DNA of 64,000 nt. Origin: Catajapyx aquilonaris (lineage: Eukaryota). Location of the stretch: assembly GCA_000934665.2 (NCBI GenBank), contig KZ538260.1, positions 1 through 64,000 of the forward strand, given 5' to 3'. Shown here piece after piece: positions 12,528 to 23,606 of this stretch. Numbering within the stretch: the first letter of the stretch is position 1; the number at the start of each line of letters is the position of its first letter. The translations under genes were made by a program, and so were the position numbers. The notes below the pieces were generated by a model that was not told the origin of the DNA, did not search any database, and was given only the letters and a program-made list of their open reading frames with translations.

Positions 12528-15500
12528 ATGGCTGACCAGGTGGCAGTAGATGAGTACAGGAACATGATGGAGAGGGTGCTACTCTGGATGAAGCAGGTTG
12601 ACCAGAAGCTGGCCAGAATGGAGCAGTGGACAAGGAGGCATGTGGAAGCAACAAGTAAGTAGATAGATACGGTATTGCAACTTGTGTAACTTTGATTCTG
12701 GATATTTTACAGCAGTTACCAAATAGGAATAATGCAGCACACTGTATTCAAACACATGCAATATGATCCATGTTACAGGTATGCCAACATTGTATAGCCA
12801 TAATTATTTGCAAAGGTAAATTCTACCAAATCAATGAGTTACTCCTATGGAAAAGTATTTCATAACCCGAGCAACGCTGGGTATCCTGCTAGTGCATATG
12901 CTTTTACACGCTCAAGAAAATAATATTTGTAGGAATGCTATTTTACATCAATCCTTGCCTATTAACCTACGATTTTGTACTTTGATATGGTTTCCCAACT
13001 CTAGCTAGCACTCTGTCATGTAAATTCCACCAATTTTTGACTCTTATACCCTTTCCCCATGTTTAAAAAAAGCTCAATAGAGCAATATTCCATATGTTGC
13101 ACCCCACACATCGCACGCAATTTTTGAACTTTGACGCATTGAATTAAATGGGAAAACAGAGGTTTCAAGTCATGCATTTCACAGGGCATTTAGTAGACAA
13201 GTGCAGCTTTCGAGATGTGAAGGTTTGATGAAAAATAAACATTTGTTAAGATTTGATAGCCCTGTAAACTTTCGTTGCACCCCATAACGCGAAATATACA
13301 GCAGGAAAAGTGACCTGTGAGTCCATTCACATTCCTGTGATTGGTGTGAGTAAAATAAGCTGTGGTTTTCACGAAAGTGTCGAATAGGCTTCAGGCTAAC
13401 TTTCTATGTATGCATTTTGCTCTTATGACCAATGGCCATTACGTGACAGTCATCCAAAGTCATTGCACCCCAAACATGAGAAACGTTGCACCCCATGACG
13501 TGCGAATTTGGACATAGAGAACTGCACAAAATACCACATACACGTCAATAATGGACATGTCATTCATCTGTATATATACAATACATTGAGGTCAGAAACG
13601 GGAAGTGTTTAAATACAAATGTATTTAAATAATTTTTGGTATTTAGAGATTTATTTATAACTACATTGGTTCTCCTGTATTTAAATACCATATTTCAATA
13701 CATTTCTGAGTATTTAAATACAGAAATATTTAAATACATATCGTAAATACTTTCCCTAACTCCCTTTTAATTTATATTGGTATAATTCTTAATTTTGAAA
13801 CTTAATGAAAGAATTGATATAAAAGTAGAAATCTGTTACGTTTTCTTATCTTTATCCAAAGAATGACAGTAAGAAATTAGTCGCACATTAACAAAAAATG
13901 TATTTGAAATGTATTTACAAAAGTATGTAAATACGTTTGATGTATTTAGTATTTAGTACATGTATGTAATAACTTATGCAGTATTTAGCATTTAGCCTTT
14001 AATTACATTTTTATCCAGTGTTTAGTACTTAGCATTTAATTACATGCAAGTATTTATTGCCCATCACTGATTGAGGTGCACAAAATCCCCTAACCCATGC
14101 ATACAGTATATAATATTGCTGTCTAGATGTACAGACAATTTTCAGCATTATATACCAATATGTACAGAGGAGAACAAGCCAGGTTGAGGTTACGGGCTTC
14201 AACCTGGTGCCTGATTAAAATAAATGGTTCTTCATGTGAAACTCTCGCTTAGCTAAAATTTACAATTTTAAGTGCTTTACCATAACGTTGAATTAAATAC
14301 GCATATTTTGATCACTTCGCATGGTTTATCATACGTTAAACAAGCGCCAGGTTGAAGCCCATAACCTCAACGTGGCTTGTCTGCCTCTGCACCACTCTAT
14401 TTCATTTAAATGGGAAACCAGCATATGTTGCACCCCATACCCATGCCGTGTGAGGGGTGCAACAAATCAATCAATCAATCAATCAATTTTATTTTAACCT
14501 CCCTATACAGGGTGTTTATTGTAACTCTGCAAAGACTTTCAGGGGTAATAGAAGGGACCAATACAAGTATTTTTGACATAGGAACCCGTGTCCGGAAACG
14601 CCATCTAGAGGGGGTTCATAGACAAGGAACGGGTGCGCTCAGACGCGTCAGGCGAGAGGCGCTAGGAGAGCGGACTGTTTTGTTGATAGGTGGCGCGCAG
14701 TTGTTGCTAGGTTATGGCGTATCGCGTCGTTGTAAGTAAACAACAACGCGATATGCCATAACCTGGCAACAACAGAACCGCTGTTGACTATCCGCGCATC
14801 TCCTAGGAGGTGTACTTTAGTTGCTAGATGGCTCTGCTGTTGCCAGGTTATGGCACATCACATTGGTGTTTACTATCCGAGCGCTGTCTATCAACAAAAC
14901 AGTCCCCTCACCTAGCGCCTCCCGCATGAAGCGTCTGAGCGCACCCGTTCCTTGTCTATGAACCCCCTCTAGATGGCGTTTCCGGACACAAATTCCTATG
15001 TCAAAAATACTTGTCTTGGTCCCCTCTATTACCCCTGAAAGTCTTTGCAGAGTTACAATAAACACCCTGTATAAGCATAGGGAGGGACTCAACTGTTTTT
15101 CGTAATCATACAGTTGGTGTTACAAGATGTTTCTATCCCATTTGGCCATGTACGACAAAAATAGGTAGATCGCCTTCTGTTGTTCTATGGATAATTAATG
15201 GAGGATATGCCAGATATTTTCACTTTGTATTATTGGGATAACTTTTTGTAGCTCGTCGCGTCGAGCGGGCAGCCACGCGTCAGGATGAAAGGAACCAGTT
15301 AACTGGTTCCTTTCATCCTGACGGGTGGCTGCCCTCTCGACGCGACGGGACAATTCTTTTTGAACTGTTGATACCTTCCTTCTTCGAATATGGGGCATTC
15401 GCTGAGTATGTGGACCCAGTCGTTCGCCTTCTTTTGGTTACACAAGTCACAATTTTCCTCTGGATTAATTTGAATACAACTTTTGTTACCTAATGGGATC

Positions 15501-18500
15501 CAGTTGGAGTTAAATCTTAGGCATGCCAGCATTCTATTCAGATTTAAATTTGTGAAGGCTCTGACGTATTGAGCTGGAAAGTACCTATGTTGGTCGTAGT
15601 AAACCAATTTCATTTCGTTGGAGACATTCTATATCTTTCGTAACTTCCGTGTCTAGCATTGTTTGTGTTAGTACCGCGTATTTCCTTAGCCAGTTTACAT
15701 CATTTTTTTCAGTGAAATTTTTAATCGATTGTCCATACTCGTTCAGCAATTTATCTAATTGGTTATACCAGTTAAATCTTAGAGGGGCATTTACTTGATT
15801 CTTAAAAAATTTCATAGCTCTGTGGGGAAGTCTATGAGGCTCCACATTACAGACTCTTCGTAGATATTTCAAAGCCAGCAGGATAATTTTGACCTTCAGT
15901 GGGGGTCGGCCCACCTCCAGCCGAAGCAGATGGTTGGGTGATCTCTTGCCCGTCGCAAGTAACTTCTTTAAGGAAGTAGTTTGAGCCCGTTCCAATCTTG
16001 CCAGTAAGGACAGGCTCCAAATTGGGGCAGCATACATAGCTGTAGCCAGCACCGTTGCGTCAATATATTTTAGTGTCGTTATTACTGATGGAAGTTTCGC
16101 CTGAATTAATGTTGGCCATGAAGCATTTAGTGTCATCGACGCTTTATTTAATCTTTCGGATAGTGCATTATTAAAAAGGCCAGATGAGGAAAATTTTATT
16201 CCTAAATAGGTATATGTTGAGACTATTTCTAATGGGGAACCCTCGAAAGTTAGGGTATCAGTACATGCGAGATGCCCTCCCTTTCTAAATGTAATTATTT
16301 TTGTTTTGGGAATGTTTATAATCAGTCCATTTTCCTTCAAGTATTCTCCTGTATAATTCAATAACTTCTGTAAATATAATTTATTGTCAGCTTGCAGCAC
16401 AATATCGTCAGCAAAAATTAATGCTTTGACGTCTCTATCATCTCCCTGCCATTGGATACCGTCAGTGTTATGACTTGTTAGCCAGGGAATAAAATCATGT
16501 AAATATATCAAGAATAGGATTGGCGAGAGTGGGTCACCTTGGAGTACTCCTTTTTGTATCGGGATCCGAAACTCTACTTTCTCACCGGCAATTTTTTGAA
16601 TATTTGCTTTATTATAAAGGTCAATTATTACTGCTATAAATCTCCCTGATAATCCCAATGTTTCTAGTTTCTTCCATAGGTAAGATCTGGGGATTGATTC
16701 AAAGGCCTGGGTAAGGTCTAAGAATGCCACATATGCTTTGCCAGCTTTCCTAGTTAATCCCATGTACAATAATTAATGGGGTTGTATGAGGTCCCGGCTG
16801 GTTCGCCAGCGATGGTACTCTCTTCCTCGAGCGGTCCTCAGACCTGACTCGCATTTCTTGGTTGGACGGGGTGCTTGGGAGAATATCCCACCCCCGTCCC
16901 TGGGTTGGACCCGGCATTGCAGTACAGCTGGGGCCAGCCCTCCTCTCCCCCACCCTTCTCACCCACCCTACCTTGCAATCCCACACCTTCCTCTCCTACC
17001 CCCGGCTGCCAAGGCCCGACTCAGACAGAGCCATACAAGCTGGGTAACCCTTCCTACCAACCAACCAACCAACGTTGCACCCCATAACAACTTTGTTCTC
17101 AATACTGGCAGGAAACGGTGGCATGCTATGGCTTCCAATTCACATGAGACATTGCTCACCATGTCTAGTCAATGAATATTGAAAACAAGCACCTTTGCCC
17201 TAAAACCCACTCAATGGCATAAACTTTTGTATCCACAGTACATGACATGTACAGGGGTTGGTTACAATAATAAGAACACCTGCAACACGGGTTAGTCGTG
17301 TATCTCTTCCTGGCACAAATATGACACGAATGACACATACTCGTATATATGGGGAGGCCATTTTGAAATATGACGTCTTATGGGGACAAATTACGAGACA
17401 GACGCGGTTCTGACATACAGGGCATGGTCTCCATGCATCTTAGCGCTGGTCGAATTACACGGAAAGGACAAAAAAAACCGAAAGAATCCGGCAGTTGACG
17501 CACTTTCAATTAGCACACCCCTGATCTTAATTGACACTCCCTCCTCAGCGATGGAATATATTTCGTGTGCTGTGGACGAAAATCTTTCTTTGAGTCCAGC
17601 AGGGAACATTTCCCCAAAATGACTTGCTTCTTACATCATTATTTTCCCGTTTTTCCCTGCATATCTCTTGCTACTGATGTGTAAGCAGGCAGAGACCCGT
17701 CGCTGGGTCGTCCACGTCACTCACTCGATTTGTAAACAGTGGCAACAATGGAAAGGACACTATAAGCACTCTCCATGCGCTGATGTTTGAATTGGCCCGC
17801 CGGCCGGGGTTGCCAGGTTACGCCGCCGCAGAAAAAAAACAATGAGAGACGGCTAATGTGTCCAGGACTGTATGATACAGATGCATAAACTCATAAAGAA
17901 ACATTTAATTGTGATAAATTTTTACAATGCCTCTAATGAAATAAGATACTACTGTGATTTGTTCCACTGTTATCGATTATTTCTTATCTCTCATTTCAGT
18001 CCTTCCAGTAGGATTTGCCCCTGAAGTTGTGCTAGAAAGACTGGATGATGTTTTAGTGGGTGAATTGTTAAAATGCCCTGGAAGCTTTGTTCAAGTGGAA
18101 GCAGATGTGGGGAATGAAAATGTCGTAAGTGAGCAAGAATCAGTTCTTCAGAAAGAACCTGAAGGTGAAGATTCCCAAACTGAACTATGTAATGACAGTT
18201 TGCTACAACCAAAGGTAAAATCATTTTTTAAGAAACTAAAGGAAATTCCTTCCAATTAAACAACAAAGTTGAGTGTATAATTAAAATGATGGTAATTTCA
18301 GGTAGAAGTGCCTGCTCCACCAGAGATACTCACCTATTCAGAGCATGAAGATGGTGCCACTAGTGATGTCAATTTGGACCAACCAAAGGTAATATCATTT
18401 ATGACAAACTAAAGGAAGTGTCTTTCAATGGGGAACTAGCCTTCATTTTGGAAACTACATAATAAATTCGCCCATATTTTTTGGATTTTTTTGGCATATT

Positions 18501-21500
18501 CCGTTTTAAGATATCAGTTCCCGTTCCGGAGTAATTGGGGTTTTTATGTAGGGAAATGGTGACGTCACTGTTTCCCTAGAAAATGTTGACGTCACGCGAA
18601 GTGAAATGAACGCAAAAATGGTGTTATAGAACGCGCCCCGTCATTGTTGTAAAATGCTTCGCTGTGGTTAGCAACCGTCCCATTCCGTGAGCAAGATAGC
18701 GGCCAGGGCGTGTTTTTACTTCACGCCGCTCAATCAGCTCAGGGGCTGGCAGGGGTGCCAACTGGCAGGAATCATCTGTCACCCTAATTCGGCACATGAA
18801 GGCCCCTTTTCTCCACCTCGATGGCCTACAGCCGCCTTGCGAATGCTTTCCGTCGTGTCCGCGGTTAATTCAAAGTCAAATTCCTCATATCTCCAGTCAA
18901 CCAGGCATTTCCGTGTACCCTTTCGATTGGCAGCGGCGTTTTTCCCGCCAATTTTGAAGGCACTTTTAAATGTGCCGTAATTTATCCAGTAATGTCATTT
19001 TGATGCAACAGAGTGATGGAATGTATGTTTACGGGCATGGGCTAGCTAGTTATGAGCAAAAATCCCAAATCCCAGACCAAGGCTAGTTCCCCATTAAACA
19101 GAGTTAAGTGTAAACTTATTATGATGATAATTTCAGGTAGAAGTTCCTGATTCACCAGAGATACTTGATGATGGATTTGAATGCCAGGTAAATATTGGGC
19201 ACTTTTTAAACATTAATTATACAGGGTATTTCTTTACTACAGTAGTAGGTCAAGCCACAAGTGGCATATTTCTTGGCCCAAACCAAGTCTAAAATGTAGG
19301 GAGAAAAATTGTCAAGGGACCAACCTGTAACGAGGTAGATGACCAGAAACATAGGCCCATAGATACAGGCGGAAACACACACGATGCCTCTTTGTAGATC
19401 CCCTGGCAGTTGGACACCTCATTGCCTAGAGAGCAGGATATGAGCATGACAATCACGTCTGTGAAAGAGGGGATCTCGCAAAATCTTATCAGTCATGATT
19501 ATCACGCTTATATCTTGCTCTCTGCTCTCTAGACAACTGTAAGGTGCATGGATCCCTCTGCCAAGAGATCTCCCTACAAAGCGGTGTTGTGTATGGGTAG
19601 ACCAATGTTTCTGGACGTCTGGTTCTGGTTGGTCCCTTGACATTTCTCCCCCCCTACATTTCAGACTTGGTTTGGGCCAAGGAATATGCCACTTGCAGCT
19701 TGACCTACTAGTAAAAAACACCTTGTATGGCTAATGCAATGCTGTGTAAGCAGTAGAAAAAACTAGACCTATTGGCTAAAATGGATTACACAGCGCAACA
19801 AAAAAAAAAAAAATCAGCGTGTTACTCGGAAACCACTATGTAGATCATGTTAGTAGGACCCAAAGTAGCTGGGAAACGCTCGGGATTTCTCTCCCAAAAT
19901 GTGCAGGGGGTCAGGGTGACCAAAAATCCGAAAAATTCAAAATATTGACGTTTTTTGGCCTATTTCCAGGTCTGGCAACCACTGTAAGTTTCGGATTTTG
20001 TTTTTGCTGGCATTAGGTGTTACCTGGGACTAGTCTGAAGCCACTATGGTGTTTAAAGTCAATCTTTTATAGAAACTGTAGGTTTTCCAGGGTCCTTTTT
20101 ATGGAAAAAATTGCGTTTTTTGGTACTTTTTCGTCAATTTTTGGGGAACAGTGTATGGACTTTTTTTTAAAAAAAGTGTAGCGTAATGGGCTCTTTAGAG
20201 ACCCTACAATCAAGGAATAATAGTAGAACTTTCCTCTGCAACCCTAGTACGCGTGTGTAAAAGCCTAATCTTGGGTAAAATCGCGTTTTTTCGCAATTTT
20301 GCTGATTTGACTTTTTTCAGCATTTAAAACCAAATATTCTTCTTAGTCTAACAAACTGTCAGGACCCCCATAGTATGGAAAAAGACTACGATTTCCATAA
20401 GCAACCCATATACGCGTGTATTTTTTTTGTACGCGTATGCGTACATGGGTTGCTTATGGAAATCGTAGTCTTTTTCCATACTATGGGGGTCCCTGACAGT
20501 TTGTTAGACTAAGAAGAATTCATTTATTTTAAAGCCAAGGAATATTTGGTTTTAAATGTTGAAAAAAGTCACATCACCAAAAATGCGAAAAAACGCGATT
20601 TTACCCAAGATTAGGCTTTTGCACACGCGTACTAGGGTTGCATAGGAAAGTTCTACTATTATTCCTTGATTGTAGGGTCTCTAAAGAGCCCATTATGCTA
20701 CACTTTTTTTAAAAAAAAGTCCATACACTGTTCCCCCAAAATTGACGAAAAAGTACCAAAAAACGCAATTTTTTCCATAAAAAGGACCCTGGAAAACCTA
20801 CAGTTTCTATAAAAGATTGACTTTAAACACCATAGTGGCTTCAGACTAGTCCCAGGTAACACCTAATGCCAGCAAAAACAAAATCCGAAACTTACAGTGG
20901 TTGCCAGACCTGGAAATAGGCCAAAAAACGTCAATATTTTGAATTTTTCGGATTTTTGGTCACCCTGACCCCCTGCACATTTTGGGAGAGAAATCCCGAG
21001 CGTTTCCCAGCTACTTTGGGTCCTACTAACATGATCTACATAGTGGTTTCCGAGTAACACGCCGATTTTTTTTGTTTGTTGCGCTGTGTTATTTGAATAT
21101 TTCAACATTAAGTAGTGCATTTTCTGTGTCTTTTTCAATCTCTTATCATTAGATTCTAAGTCAGATTTTTCTAACTACAAAAATTTGCACTAATAGGGCT
21201 GAATAATTAGCTGCTGTGGTGGTCCTTGCAAGAGACTTCATTAGGGTGGTGTTGCATAGCACCTAGAGTTTTTCCAGTCATAATTCAGACACTTGCTCAG
21301 AGGGAACCATGAGACATGCTGTTGGTAAGGTACTACTTGGACCAAATTGTGACAATTGAATCCTTGAATCTACGAGTAGGCAAATGTCCGTAACCGTGAT
21401 TTTTTTTGCAACAAAACAACGAAGAACATTGTGAGAGTGATAGTAACAGTTATTTTAAAGTTTTGAACACCTTTCGTCGCTGGATATAAAGGTAGGCTTC

Positions 21501-23568
21501 CTTGAGTTATGAGCTTAAAACATTCCAAACTTCAACTTGAATCTTATACTATAGTATAACTCGAATTTTTTCCCTGGTCCCATGGAGATTCGACTTACAG
21601 AAGTTTTACTGTACGAGTATGTACTTCCCTTTTCGATGTTTTTTTTTTTTTTTGGTATAGTTCTCATATAATGGTATATACCACCACAAATACACCCCAT
21701 GTCACATTGGGATGGCTGCCATGCTTACTGCACTGTTGAAGTTGTGCCAGCCTTGATATGATCTTTCTTGGATTGTAGGAGGACTGGAAGCTGCAACTGG
21801 AGGAAGACTCATTAGAAGAGGACCAAGATGATGATCTCACTCAGGATGAGGATATGAGTGAGGGCAGTGTCGCTGTACTATCCAATGCTTCGAAAGTATT
21901 AATCCAAGCTGCAAAAAGTGAGGTAATGTGGGCCTTTTTTTTTTTACAGTAACTGTTGTAGAAGGGGCCATCTTGGTTGGTTGGTTGGTTTGGAAAGGTT
22001 ACCCAGCTTGTATGGCTCTGTCTGAGTCGAGCCTTGGCAGCCGGGGGTAGGAGAGGAAGGTGTGGTATTGCTAGGTAAGGGTGGGTGAGAAGGGTGGGGG
22101 AGAGGAGGGCTGGACCCGGCTGTACTGCAATGCCGGGTCCAACCCAGGGGCGGGGGTGGGATATTCTCCCAAGCACCCCGTCTGACCAAGAAATGCGAGT
22201 CAGGTCCGAGGACCGCTCGAGTAGGAGAGTACCGTCGCTGGCGAACCAGCCGGTGGGAGTACATAGAAGAAGGGGCCATCAGTATGAGGGAAAGAGTAGT
22301 TTGTTGGCTTCCTCTCACCCCCATATGGCAAATGTAAAGGCTGATCCACCAAGGAAAAGTCATGGTGTACAAATTTTCTGCTTTTTGTTTTCTACTAAGC
22401 AGTGAGTATTAGGTTACATGGTTACATGTCGCAGCTGAATGTATTGGAATATTCTTTGTACAGTGTTGGACATAAATCAAGGCATACTGTTAGCGACATT
22501 TTCCAAATCGGCAGAAGAAGGAATCTTGCTCGCCCGGCTTGCAGTATCCTTATCTTCAATTCCTTCTTCTGCCGCTTCAGAAAATGTCCCTAGCCACCAG
22601 TACCTCGAATGCTGCGGTTAATGTCCAACACTGTACCCGCTTTCATGTTGTGTCCAAAAAAGGCATAAAATCTATATTTTGAAAACTAAGGACTGGGACA
22701 CATCTGGCCAAAGAAAATTAGGATGTCTGACCTGACCTTGATGAGGCCCATGGACATTTTTAATGGCGAAATTCTTAGATGCCGTCAAATGGGGCTACTT
22801 TGTACCAATTTTTTGTTATTTTGGTTAATATCTCCCTTACTAAATATTGCAGTTTCGAACAAACATTATGCACCATTCTTGAACATCTTAGCAACACTTT
22901 TGCACTATTGTTTGTGCAATGCAGATTACACTGTACAGAAAATTGCAAAGTTGGACTAAAGAAGACTTTAGTCCAGTATGATGAATCCCTTGGAAAAAGG
23001 TCCATGGTTGAATTAAACCCCATTGAGTGTAACATTGGTCCAGATAATGCATAGTCCAAGACATAAAAGGAGATGTGAGGTTCCTCGGATATAATTCAAA
23101 ACAGCAGTAGGCTACACTTGTCTGAATATGCTGTATTTTTTAATGACATTTCGTCTGAATAATCAATATCAGTACAACTGCTACTGGTATGGTACTACAT
23201 TGGTAATGGCATGGAGACACTTTTTGAACTCACTGACTGTACCCAGAGAGTCCAGTTTATCATGGCCATAATGTACAAGGAGTCTTGGGGCTTCTTTGAT
23301 CCAAGAATTTTATGGACCAAAGTAAACCCATCACTTACAACTTTTTTGATTTCTTTCCCCCCACACAATTCATGATAAGAATTATTTCATGGCTTACATA
23401 ATTATGCGTGGAACGGCAACTAAATGTACTACAAATCCTTGCATGCTAAATGAAGGTGATACCTACACGTGCGGCTGCACCAGTCTTAGCAGCACGGACA
23501 TCTTGAAAACACGTGCCAAAGTGACTGGTGGAAAGTAACCCTCTGCTGGTGGGTTTACAAACTTCGAT

Positions 23569-23606
<38 letters not shown>

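Larger units (their letters stand above)
14464..16775 (-). mobile_element. 5'-truncated non-LTR retrotransposon (LINE; RTE-X/L2/CR1-group-like) with (ATTG)n tail
   Basis: RT ORF on the minus strand; 3' UTR stem-loop CCTCCCTAT-GCTT-ATAGGGAGG (split by a MITE), then AATAAA and (ATTG)5 tail ending near 14464. Confidence 0.88.

Noticed and set aside
17252..17283. Tc1-like terminus TA-CAGGGGTTGG...AACACCTG
   Set aside because: Single end with no partner TIR or coding remnant found.
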